A stretch of 64,000 nt of DNA from Microthyrium microscopicum (taxonomy: Eukaryota): contig MU004238.1 of assembly GCA_010405405.1 (NCBI GenBank), positions 1,127,530-1,191,529 on the forward strand. The letters are read 5' to 3'. Position 1 is the first letter of the stretch. Each line of letters opens with the position of its first letter. The translations under genes and the position numbers were made by a program. The notes below the pieces were generated by a model. The model worked only from the letters and a program-made list of their open reading frames with translations, was not told where the DNA came from and did not search any database. Below are positions 24,068 through 35,386 of the stretch, in pieces.

Positions 24068-25188
24068 ATGGCCGGATATCATCCGTACAGAAACCTACGA
24101 CTTCCTCCCAATGCGCCGTTTGAGTTGAGGCCGTCGCCTGGAAAAGGCTGGGGTGCTTTTGCTACAAGACTGATACATCGAGGAGAGGTAATCTTGAGGG
24201 AGAATCCATTGTTCGTGATACCCGGTCCAAATGTCACAGATAAAAGCCTATGGCAAGCGTTCCTAGGACTATCGCAAGACCAGCAACAGCAATTCTCATA
24301 CATTCGCAACAATAGCTCCACTCTCTTCACAGATATGATACAAGCCATGTCGCAGAATCACTTTACAGTCGTTGACGACAACCCTGTAACCGCTCAATTG
24401 CATCTGCTAGGCTTTTTTGTACTTCAATCGCGATTCAACCATTCCTGTCTACCAAACTCGACAACGCCAGCCGCACCCACCTACACTGTCACGAGGTACG
24501 CAACTAGACCAATCTTTGCTGGAGACGAAATTACATTCTCCTACACTCCAGATCTCAAGTTTATGGTTCGACAGGAACGTCATCGGGCCTTGAGATTCGT
24601 TTGCACGTGCAGTGCTTGTCAAGTCAGTACGCCGAATCGAATTGGGATACCACATCAGACAGTCAGTGATCAGCGGCGGGTACTTATTCGAGGTCTTCAA
24701 TACCTCGTCTCTGGTCAAGATCCTGTGCTCAAGCGGAGACACGGCCCAGTAGAAGATATGGCTGTGCCGCCCCTCTTTTTCGATCTGGCAAAGTAAGTAT
24801 TTGGATTCGTCGAGTATTCAATTGAGAGCAATTTTCTGCTCTGCTCTTTTTTCTTGATTGAGTGGGATTGAAATACGTCTTCAAAACGGTTGACATGACT
24901 TTATACTGACACAAATCCAGAAAGCGAGAGGCCGAGAGCCTGCGAATTCCTCTATCCGCTAAATTCATAGCCGTCCTGCTCTACGCTGCTCTGTTGGAAG
25001 AGGAGGACATATTAGATGACCATATGTTGAACATTATGAGACCCAATTCGTTGAGAATAGCACATCGTTTCAGAACAAGAAGCAACATTGCTATCGTCAG
25101 GCATGTGTGGGCACAATCAACCTGGGCGATAAGATTTTGGTATGCGTTATTCTACCTTTGGAACAAAACTGACGCAGCTGATCCGTAA
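24068..25188 (+). CDS. SET-domain protein lysine methyltransferase-like, tandem copy 2
   Basis: MAGYHPYRNLRLPPNAPFELRPSPGKGWGAFA; SRFNHSCLPN, GDEITFSY, CTCSAC. Intron 24793..24920 restores colinearity with copy 1 (KREAESLRIPLS..LEEEDILDD). A possible extra donor GTAAGT at 25185 makes the extreme 3' end uncertain. Confidence 0.85.
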
Positions 25189-27203
25189 GTCACGCAGTCA
25201 CGCAAATAAGGCATAGAGACGATTTGTAGGCGAACTCAGGTACCTAATCGAAGGCTTGTCACGTTGACTATCGTGTCTACTATAAGTCGAGTTGGTATGT
25301 CGTTGTGTTGTAGACCTCTAGGTTAGAAGTTGACGTAGTCAAATCACTAAAGAAAGAATTGATACATATTTGATGTAAATTGGAGAAAATAATCAATACT
25401 ATAAGCAACGATAGCGTTTGACGACAAATACTTTCCATTCATGTACTCAGGCTTCTTTTCATACTCATCTCGGTGCTAGTGAAGTTGTCAAAAAATAACG
25501 TCGATTACAGCGGTTGAACCATTTCCTTATATAGAAGCCAGTATAAAATAGCTGCTAAGCACTATAAATTTGCATATCTAAATGGATCCTGTCTCGCGGA
25601 CCAAGTTGCCAAGTGACAGAAGCTGAATCAAGGAATTGAGCTTAATTTAGGGGATATTATTTAGATTGCTACTGTTAAATACTTGCATGCATTCCGATAT
25701 AACAGCAGTCATATTTCAATACTATTGGACGTAGAGATTAAGCAAATTGACATAACACGATGAATCTGTTTATCGAGTTTATCTTGTGAGCAATGAGAGA
25801 ACTTCCAGTCACTGCCTGTATGCTCCTTGTCTAATACTTTAGTAAGATCAGATTAGTGATATGTACTAAGTTGCACCCTTGCTACTATAAAGTGGTACCT
25901 GTGTACTGTAGCATTGACTTCACTTTTCCGTGGTGCAGAATTGGCGTGTTACAAAGTTTCTACTTCCTAGCCAATAGAGTCGGCAGTTAAAGCTCTTGAC
26001 TGCAGAATGAGGCTCAAGTCGGAAGGTGACGGATGAATGGGTGTAGATGCCCTGTCCTATATCTCAGACATGGCTGTGTATAAGGAGGGAGGTTGGGTTG
26101 TGACTGTATAGCTGATCTGTATGGCTACAACCATGCAATTGCCAAGAACTTACTGATGAGAAACGATTATTTTGCTGACAGACAATAAAGTCTATAAGAT
26201 ATTGAGATGGCAAATAATGACGAAGATGATGGGATATGGTCGGATGGCTGTCGCGTCCTGGTGCCGATCTTTGATTATTGCGTAGTATTTGCCAGGAACA
26301 GGAAGGGCTACGTCTCCGCTGAGCAAGAGATGGGTGGATTGCAAGGAGAATGTACCGGTACAACCGGGCTGTCAAAAGGGAAATGTAAATTAATTAGTGC
26401 CTCCTCCCAAGTCTTTGCCGCGATAGTTGGTTATTGTGTTCCACAACCATTGTAGAGGAGCGAGGATGCAGCAAGAGTGCAAGACCAACCAACAAAACGC
26501 CAACACAACAAAGGAATAAAAATACATCAGAGGCCTCCTTGTCTAGCCCCGATCGAGACCTTTCAGCAATACGCCACAACGATCACGCAGTCCCTGTTGG
26601 TGGGACTTTTGCAGTGCAGAAGTGCATCTGGGCTCGGCCTGCGTCAAATCAGCCCCCTCCCTCGGACCCTGTGCTGAGAGAAAGGCTGAATGCTGCGTAC
26701 AGTACTACTTACCGCTCCAGCAAACCTCCTAGAGGGCTATTTTCTACATAGTACTCTGTCTCTTCTTTACCACTGCTACTTTCGTTTCGACAACTCTTCT
26801 CTTTCGCTCTGGTCTTCGAAAACATTGGTTGATAGTGTTTGAGCTGGTTCACTCTGAAGCAAGCCGATTGGCAACGCGCCACTGACGAGACGCTGCCAGG
26901 AAACATTGTGCCGTCTTTTCTGGTATTATTCCCGCCGCGTTGCTTCTTCCAAAGTGCCCACCACCCTAATTCTAGAGTATTGAGCTGACTTGCCTTACGA
27001 TAGACTCTGTATTATTATTCTTTTCGAATTGTTTCCTTTGGTCCATTTGCCGGGATCACTCTTACCTCCCCTCAATATCGTCCAATCCCATCCCGTTTAA
27101 TGTTACCTCCGCTGCTGGCTGATACTCTGTCCTACTGAACTATTGCGGATGAGGTCACCAGCAACTTCGCCCACTTCACTCCCCCCTTTCCCATCTTCGC
27201 TTG

Positions 27204-30200
27204 ATGGTTGAGAACAAGTCACCAGCAGAGTTAGGGGGTGAGTTGAGAAGAAGAAGAATGAGTACTCAAAACGACGGGTCCGAGGAAGCAGCAGCCCAGT
27301 CTGCTCCTTCCCAAACCGCTTCCTCCAATAATGCCACCACGACACATGGTCAAAATGGTCCAGGCGACACAACCACGGGAACTAATCAAGCGTCTACACA
27401 CCGCCGAGTATCGTCGACATCAGCAATAGACCTACCAGGCAGTGTCCCTCCGCTCGAACCTACATCTCGTACCGTCCGATTCTCTGCCGACGTTGAACGT
27501 GAACTCCCATCAGCAGGTCTACGATCACCGACTAATCCTACAACCTCCTCAAACCCAGCAGCACGTTCTTCTCGTGCGCAAGGTCTCTCGGTGCAAATAC
27601 CGCCCACGTCGACGGATGCTGTCACCAATGCGTCGGATCAGCGTGTGCTTTCTCCTACACGGAGCGCAATGAAATCTCCATTATCTCCCAACTCGAGGAA
27701 CCGAGGTTATTCGCTTCGAAGTAACCTCTTTCGACGTAATGTGGAAACTCAGGGCACAGTAATAGAATTAGAAGAAGGGATCGGGTCCTCAAATAACAGA
27801 GAACACAATCTCAGTCCTAGGAATACTTCCAAGAAGCCGTCTGATACGCTCGTTGCTATAAGCCAAGTTAGCTCATCAGATCCAGATTCACCCCCAGGAG
27901 GCAGCAAGAAGAACCGAAAAGGACTTTCTAATGTCTCCGGAGTACTTCCCAATTATTACACTGCATGGGCGCAAAGTAGGAATGAGCCGAACAAGATGTC
28001 GCGGATGATCAGAAGCATAAAACAAGGCATCAAGAAAACAGTATTACGTATACATGATATGCCGCCGACGGAAGATGGAAGACATATCATTGTCGATGCT
28101 ACTCGCAAGAAATCTTTGACCGACGAGCGTACCGGCAAGCCGTATGTTGAGAATTGGATCCGCAGCACCCGATATACCGTATACACCTTTGTTCCACGAC
28201 AACTAATGGCTCAATTCTCGAAACTGGCCAATTTCTACTTCCTCTGCGTTGCCGTACTTCAAATGATACCCGAGCTCAGTACTACCGGCAAATACACCAC
28301 GATTGTACCGCTTCTGTTCTTCGTAAGTATCTCGATGGGCAAAGAAGCTTACGACGACTTTCGAAGATACCGTTTGGATAAAGAAGAAAATGCGCGAGAA
28401 ACCAGAGTGCTCCATGCGTACATGCCCACAGAAGGATCTGAGGCGGTGCAACCGGGCGGATATGGCCTTATTCACTGGGCCTCGATCAAGTGGAGAGGCC
28501 TTAGAGTGGGCGATATAATCAAAATCAAACGGGATGAGCCAGTACCGGCTGACGTGGTTTTACTCCATGCTGAAGGAGAAAAACATATTGCATACATTGA
28601 GACAATGGCGTTAGATGGGGAAACTAACCTGAAGAGCAAGATGACACCAGCTGTGATTGCAAAAGCTTGTGGAACTGAACAACAACTTGCAGAATGTCGA
28701 GCTGAATTCGTTGTGGAAGATCCCAATCTCAATCTTTATGGCTTCGAAGGTCGCGTCAACTTCAACAATCAAACAGCACCGCTCACAAACAGCGAAATCA
28801 TTTATCGTGGAAGCATCTTGCGCAATACCCCCGAGGCCATCGCCATGGTCATCTACAGCGGAGAAGAATGTAAAATACGGATGAATGCTAACAAGAACCC
28901 CCGGACCAAAGCTCCAGCATTACAGTATGCGCTCAATCGCGTCGTCGCAATTGTCGTTGCTTTTGTCGTATGCTTGGCAATATTCAATTCCATTGCCTAC
29001 GAAATATGGCGCCGAAAGAAGGAGCGAAAAAGCTGGTATATCAACGCAGCCCCTGTTCCATTTTACCAAATCCTTTCTTCATTTTTCATCATGTTCAGTA
29101 CAATGATCCCCTTGTCACTGTACGTCAGCATGGAAATCATCAAATTGGCCCAGATGTTCCTGCTCAACGACATTGACATGTATGATGAGAAGAGCAATAC
29201 GCCTTTCGAAGCTCGAACATCAACCATCAATGAAGAATTAGGACAGATCACGCACATCTTTTCGGACAAAACAGGAACACTTACGGATAACGAAATGAGG
29301 TTTCGTAAAATCAGTGTCGCTGGTACTGTTTGGCTCCATGACATTGATCTTCAAGGCCAAAGCCATTCAATGCTTATGCATAAGAAGCGAAGCAAGGGCA
29401 AAAAACCAAGGAAGTCATTCATGTCGGATCGACGAAAATCAGTGGCAAGTCTAGAGCGTGGAGAATCTGCCGATGATGGCATTACGCCAGCAACATTGCA
29501 CCCACCTGAGGAGCCTAGGTGGAAATCGTCAGCTCGACCTTCCAAGTCGCAACCCGAGAGATCTACCAGAGAACTGGTACAGTATATGCAACGCCGACCA
29601 GATGCCTTGTTTACCACCAAAGCGAAACAACTATTGCTCTCAATCGCACTCTGCCACACTTGTCTGCCGGAACGAAAAGAGGACGGCTCGTTCTCTTTCC
29701 AGGCCTCTTCGCCTGATGAGTTGGCTCTTGTGCAAGCTGCACAAGAGCTCGGGTACCTGATGATCAACCGCGAGCATGGCACAGTGACTCTGAGAATACA
29801 GCAGGGAGTCGATTATACTCTCCCACCAGTCGAGGAAGTGTATGAAGTTCTCGATGTCGTCGAGTTCTCCAGCACTCGAAAACGCATGACCGTCGTCGTC
29901 CAGTTTCCAGATGATCGGATTTGTGTTATGTGTAAGGGCGCGGATAGCGTGATTATGAGGAGACTCAAGTTATCAGGCATTGCGCTGCAAAAGTCTACCG
30001 AGATTGAAGCTCGTGCTAATCGTAGGAAGAGCATAGAAGCTCAAGTTGCTCTGGCAAGACGGAGTACCCAGATCGATCTCGATCGAAACCCCGCAATTCG
30101 CCGTAGCCTCTCAATAGGCGGTCCAAGGCGAAGTATGTCAGGAGCTTCTCATCCCGGTAGACGCGCAGAAGTCGACAATTGGCTAAGAAATCGGGAAAGA

Positions 30201-32015
30201 GACGTCGAGCTAGTTGGGGAGGAGGAAGATGAGATTACTGCAGCTCGCTTCTCCGCCCAATTGCATCGGGCGTCACTCGCTTTTTCGGATGCACGAAGTT
30301 CCATGATTGAGGATGATGAGTTTGTCCTTGACGATGCGCTGGCGAATGACGACACCGCCGTCATTGAGCGATGTTTCCAGCATATCAATGAATTTGCTAC
30401 CGAAGGATTACGAACCTTGTTGTATGGCTACAGATTTATCGATCGATCCGAATACGCAAGCTGGAAAGAGGTGTACTTGGCTGCCACGACCAGCCTAGTG
30501 GAAAGAGAAGACAAGGTCGAGAAAGCTGGAGAGATGATCGAATACGATTTTGATCTTGCTGGTGCCACAGCTATTGAAGACAAGCTTCAAGCTGGAGTTC
30601 CGGAAGCGATTGACAAGTTGCGCAGAGCCAACATACGCATGTGGATGCTGACTGGTGATAAACGGGAAACTGCTATCAACATTGGTCATTCTTGTCGTCT
30701 GATCAAAGACTACTCGATGGTAATCGTCCTCGATAAAGAAATCGGCGAAGTTGAGCAGCACATCGCCGCAGGACTTCTCTCGTTACAACAAGAGCATGTT
30801 GCGCACAGTGTTATCGTTGTAGATGGCATGACTTTGGCTTTCATCACAGAAACGCCTCACGTCGAGCATGTCTTCTTTGAACTTGCTATGCTAGCAGATT
30901 CAGTCATCTGTTGCCGAGCTCAACCCAGTCAAAAAGCACAACTTGTCAAGGCGATTCGGAAGCGGGTCAAGAAATCCATCACCCTCGCCATCGGTGATGG
31001 CGCCAATGATATTGCTATGATTCAAGAAGCTCACGTCGGCATTGGTCTCACTGGTAAGGAGGGCCTTGAGGCAGCCCGTACCTCGGACTACTCCATTGCT
31101 CAATTCCGATTCTTGAACAAACTTCTTCTGGTACATGGACGCTGGAATTACATCCGCACCTGCAAGTACATTCTCGGAACTCTGTGGAAAGAACTACTCT
31201 TTTTCCTGACCCAAGCGATTTACCAACGTTACAACGGCTACACCGGAACTTCACTGTACGAATCCTGGAGTCTAGCAACCTTCAACACCCTTTTCACATC
31301 CCTTCCCGTCCTCGTGATGGGCATATTCGAAAAAGATCTCGCCGCCTCCACCCTCCTCGCCGTCCCCGAACTATACACCAAAGGCCAGCGCAACCAAGGC
31401 TTCAACCTCCTAGTCTATGCCTGGTGGATGCTCATGGCGGCCGTCGAAAGCATGATAATCTTCTTCCTAATGCTTGGTCTCTTCGGCACCATGTCCGCCA
31501 CCAAGGACCCCAGCCTCTTCGCCATGGGTGACCTCACCTTTGTCGCCTGCGTAATCCTCATCAGCATGAAAATGCAGCTCGTCGAAACACACAATCGCTC
31601 CATCATAGTCTTTGCATCCGTCATTATCTCCATCGGCGCCGTCTTTCTCTGGAATATCCTGCTAGCCATCATATACCCAAAGAACAGCAAAACGTACCAT
31701 GTCAGTCATTCGTGGTTCGACGGCTTTGGCAAGAATCCGCTCTGGTGGCTTACGCTTATTCTCATTGTGCTTTGTGTCGCTGTGTTTGAGTATGGCATTG
31801 CAAGTTTACGCGTCGCGTGGTTCCCGAGTGATGTACATGTTTTCCAGGAATTGGAGAAAGATCCGGAGATTAAGAAGCGCTTTGAGGAGGCGGCGGCGAT
31901 GGATTTGCAGCAGGGCTGGGATCGTGGGAAGAAGAAGAGTAGTGGGGAGATTAAGAGGGAGCGGGAGGTGGCGGATTTGATATCAAGTCGCGCTGATGGT
32001 GTGGCGATGCGATGA
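27204..32015 (+). CDS. DNF3: P4-ATPase phospholipid flippase, Dnf3-like
   Basis: Intronless ORF of ~1600 aa with LDGETNLK, IPLSLYVS, FSDKTGTLT, ASSPDE, GATAIEDKLQ, TGDK, GDGAND and LLVHGRWNY. First in-frame ATG is 27204 (alternative 27258). P4 family is clear; the Dnf3 subtype is less certain. Confidence 0.85.
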   Translation: MVENKSPAELGGELRRRRMSTQNDGSEEAAAQSAPSQTASSNNATTTHGQNGPGDTTTGTNQASTHRRVSSTSAIDLPGSVPPLEPTSRTVRFSADVERELPSAGLRSPTNPTTSSNPAARSSRAQGLSVQIPPTSTDAVTNASDQRVLSPTRSAMKSPLSPNSRNRGYSLRSNLFRRNVETQGTVIELEEGIGSSNNREHNLSPRNTSKKPSDTLVAISQVSSSDPDSPPGGSKKNRKGLSNVSGVLPNYYTAWAQSRNEPNKMSRMIRSIKQGIKKTVLRIHDMPPTEDGRHIIVDATRKKSLTDERTGKPYVENWIRSTRYTVYTFVPRQLMAQFSKLANFYFLCVAVLQMIPELSTTGKYTTIVPLLFFVSISMGKEAYDDFRRYRLDKEENARETRVLHAYMPTEGSEAVQPGGYGLIHWASIKWRGLRVGDIIKIKRDEPVPADVVLLHAEGEKHIAYIETMALDGETNLKSKMTPAVIAKACGTEQQLAECRAEFVVEDPNLNLYGFEGRVNFNNQTAPLTNSEIIYRGSILRNTPEAIAMVIYSGEECKIRMNANKNPRTKAPALQYALNRVVAIVVAFVVCLAIFNSIAYEIWRRKKERKSWYINAAPVPFYQILSSFFIMFSTMIPLSLYVSMEIIKLAQMFLLNDIDMYDEKSNTPFEARTSTINEELGQITHIFSDKTGTLTDNEMRFRKISVAGTVWLHDIDLQGQSHSMLMHKKRSKGKKPRKSFMSDRRKSVASLERGESADDGITPATLHPPEEPRWKSSARPSKSQPERSTRELVQYMQRRPDALFTTKAKQLLLSIALCHTCLPERKEDGSFSFQASSPDELALVQAAQELGYLMINREHGTVTLRIQQGVDYTLPPVEEVYEVLDVVEFSSTRKRMTVVVQFPDDRICVMCKGADSVIMRRLKLSGIALQKSTEIEARANRRKSIEAQVALARRSTQIDLDRNPAIRRSLSIGGPRRSMSGASHPGRRAEVDNWLRNRERDVELVGEEEDEITAARFSAQLHRASLAFSDARSSMIEDDEFVLDDALANDDTAVIERCFQHINEFATEGLRTLLYGYRFIDRSEYASWKEVYLAATTSLVEREDKVEKAGEMIEYDFDLAGATAIEDKLQAGVPEAIDKLRRANIRMWMLTGDKRETAINIGHSCRLIKDYSMVIVLDKEIGEVEQHIAAGLLSLQQEHVAHSVIVVDGMTLAFITETPHVEHVFFELAMLADSVICCRAQPSQKAQLVKAIRKRVKKSITLAIGDGANDIAMIQEAHVGIGLTGKEGLEAARTSDYSIAQFRFLNKLLLVHGRWNYIRTCKYILGTLWKELLFFLTQAIYQRYNGYTGTSLYESWSLATFNTLFTSLPVLVMGIFEKDLAASTLLAVPELYTKGQRNQGFNLLVYAWWMLMAAVESMIIFFLMLGLFGTMSATKDPSLFAMGDLTFVACVILISMKMQLVETHNRSIIVFASVIISIGAVFLWNILLAIIYPKNSKTYHVSHSWFDGFGKNPLWWLTLILIVLCVAVFEYGIASLRVAWFPSDVHVFQELEKDPEIKKRFEEAAAMDLQQGWDRGKKKSSGEIKREREVADLISSRADGVAMR

Positions 32016-32544
32016 TACTGAATGCATTGATACTCAAGATGAGATGGCATGTTTGAGATTGCATTTGCATGGCGTTTTATAGTGATGTATCAATCACAAG
32101 GCGGAATGATGGGATGTGTACATAAATTATGACTGTTAGATACCAATGCGATAATGCATGTTTTACTTGAAAATTATGACTTTGTTTCGCCGTCTCTTGG
32201 GTCACACTCGAGAGTTCTTGATCTTTTGAATCAAAATCTCGTTGGAATCACATTAGCTATCTTGAGACAGTGCTATCTCGACGAAAAACTCTCTTCTAAC
32301 AGTATTACTCTAAGGCAAGGTCAGGTAGTCGAATGTTCGCTAGGTAGGTAGTTTGAAGGTCGGCCAATTATTTTGTTGACCAAGTACTTTACAGGTCAGT
32401 CATGTAGTTGAATGTCGACCACATACTCATTTTACTGTGCGTTTGAAATAATACTAGCACTTGAAGTTATAGACTCCATGTATCTTTCAGTACAGCTTGT
32501 TTGATCAGGTCTTGTTTCAGGGGCTAGTACAATTTCCCAAAACG

Positions 32545-32640
32545 GAAGGAGTGGATCATTATCTGGGAAAGTACGAAGGAGTGGATTTTATCTGGGAAAG
32601 TACGAAGGCGTGGATTATAATCTGGGAAAGCACGAAGGCG
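32545..32640 (+). repeat. Tandem repeat, ~3.2 copies of a 29-30 bp unit
   Basis: GAAGGAGTGGATCATTATCTGGGAAAGTAC / GAAGGAGTGGATTTTATCTGGGAAAGTAC / GAAGGCGTGGATTATAATCTGGGAAAGCAC / GAAGGCG. Confidence 0.9.
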
Positions 32641-35386
32641 CGAACTGGTCTGCCAACTTCTTCTCCTACGTCAATTCAATTCCTGCTCATCCATTATCTT
32701 TTCTCTCTTCTCCCATGTTGGAAGGCGGCGAAAACACTACCGGAGGATTTTCATGCACTGAGGCGAGTGTCCAAACACCATTGGTCATTACAAGAGCGTG
32801 GGATTTTTATCTGTGTGATGCCTATCATGTCACAATACAATTGCCTTGAGCATGAGAGAAAAAGAAACATTTCTCTTGTCTCCCGCGTGGAGTTACTCCC
32901 TCTAACTAGTGACGCTGGATCCCTTGAGGATGAAGGCGGCTACATGGCTTTGAGCCACGAAATCGACCGCTTTATCGTCCAACATGCTCCTCCAGCTGTC
33001 AGGATTCATGGCACGGTGCGGCCCATTACGCTCTCCGGGCCGCCCGGTTTCACGGCGCTTCCTTCTGGATGGATGCACGGGTGGAACTAGCAATTGCAGC
33101 AAGATTTGATCAGCAGACCTGTGAACCTACCATAAACTTACAACTGATTGGTGGCTTGAGACTACAACAATGCTGAATCAATGATTACAATACTAAGACG
33201 CCGAAGGTTGACATTTCTGCTGGCGCAAAGGTTTGCTTGCTATTCACCGGGGTGACGGATATTACCTTGCAGCCGTGGTGAGTGCACCAATATTGAAAAT
33301 TGAAACAATTGAGCCAACAGGACGGGGCAGGTCTGCAATCGAAAACAGGTCTGGGAATGGTTTTTGGGCTTATGCAGGCATGCACATATCGAATCCTTCA
33401 CCTTCCAGGAAGTTCCTCCACTCACCCTGCCTTACCAAAGCAAATGTTCAGGACTCACCCAAATCGCGATTAGGTTGATTGAGAGGACATGCAGTCTCGC
33501 CTAATCGGATACAGCAAGCGGCCAAATGTCCGTGTGAGATCATATGTTAATGCTTTGAGATGGCCAAGCTGTACCGTAAATTTGCTGTCAAGATCCTCTC
33601 GTAAATCCTTCCACGCTCTCGCCAATAATGTGGAGTCCATAATCCCGCAGCACACCACGCCGGGATAAGACACAGTGAGACAGGGGAATTGACTTACATG
33701 ATGCGGCATAGCGGGACTCAGCCAACCACAACTAATGGCATCGATTGGTACAGCTCATAGGCTCCTTGCAAGCACAACCGGAGCACTGAATATATTTGAG
33801 ATGTTCATTGAAGCTTCGCGATCCAAAGCGGCGAAAGCAACAACAAAAGATGCGAAAATTTGTCTCCAGCATGTTTGTCGCTTCCCGGCGGAAGGCACTA
33901 CAATACTCGCCCACGCAGCTTGTAGTTGAGAATACTACTGCTAACTTAATCAAGCGCAAGGCGTACATATCGGCTGGCAATGGCTGGCACTGGCTTCAGG
34001 CTTGCAATGTGCATCGACGTCAAACCTTCCCCATGTACGGGCGGGGAATGCTGTTCTTGCCTTCGCAGAATCAGGCAACATGAGCAGCTCGGCTTCCCAT
34101 GGGTTGACGTCTCGCTCAATACGTCCTGTGACCGATACTTTGGAAGGATGAGATAGAATATTGACGAGCTCTTGAGAGTGAATTGGGCAACCGACGTGTA
34201 ATCAACCTCAACGAAACCTTGTCTCCTGGACGCGCGCGGACCACAGGCTGGTTTCAGCTGCGGGCCGATCCTCCGGAGCCACAAACGGAATCGCGCCATC
34301 GGTACCAGAAAATCCATTCCAAGACTCAGGGAGTCAAGGCAAAGCAGAGCAGTCCAACAACTCATCTAGACGAGCCAGACTACCGTAACTTTCCGCAGGA
34401 GACTGACAGGAAAAGATAGTCAATTGCCGAGCAGTAGCGTCTGTACTCTGACTCCCTTTTCATTGCTCCTGTGCCGAGCTTGTTGGGACCTCGCCTTGCA
34501 TACTGATTCGCTTGACTGTCTCAAAGACTGACTGACTGGCGCCCGCGCTCCGTTGAGCAGCAGAAGCCTGACGCCAGCTAAAACTGAGAAATGTCAACGT
34601 ATGGATTTCCACTGGGTTTATCTTGTCGGTACACGCTACGGTAGATGGGTCGCTTAAGGAGATTCAAAGACATCTCACAATTGTCTGTGATTATTCTGGT
34701 CCCAATGCTGTCAACTCTCATCCTCCGACCTAATTGCTATCAGATGTTTTGCCTGAAGCAACAATAAAGCCCCTCAGTGAATTTTGGCTGGCCCAATTGT
34801 GCTCCGGCTTACACCGCACCATTCGCTACCTTCCGGGATGACCGTATCACTGAAGGTTAGCTGCCTCGTTATATGCAGCCGTCCAAACTAGAGTTGGTGC
34901 CAACTCCTCACACGTCGTACCAACCGCTCGTTTGGCTGCGACAAGGTTTAGAAGCGGAAGACGGACAGACCCGCGCAGGAGCTTTTGACCACCTGATTTC
35001 GATCCCGCTTCTAGTTCATTTGACTGGTCTGTTATTTGGCTTGTAACTACGACGAGGGCTTGCTGTTCGTTGTGATGTGGGCATGCCGACTTTCTGTTAA
35101 TAGGTAATGCTAACCCACTTGTTGGTGTGCCAGATTGCCTGCTGCATTTTGCATGAATTTCTTCTCCTTTCCTCAGTCTTCCTCGCCGCTCGGAACAATA
35201 TCATTGGCTTATAAACCCCTGGAAATCCACGGGATGAGATCCTGCTCTAGTCGTCCTACGCTCCGTCGACCACTTGGGGAACACTTCCGTGGCACAGCAT
35301 ATACCCACCATTAGCCAATACCAGAAAGCTTTGATCTCTATCACTAAATCTCTGTTACCTAGCTTCACCATTCGAATGCTACCAAG

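Noticed and set aside
25200..26050. AT-richer stretch after the SET pair as a RIP-degraded transposon
   Set aside because: Only moderately AT-rich, with no terminal repeats or transposase/RT remnants recognisable; it cannot be supported without a repeat search.
32545..32640. ~30-bp repeats as a CRISPR array
   Set aside because: Units are directly adjacent with no unique spacers, there are no cas genes, and the context is eukaryotic.
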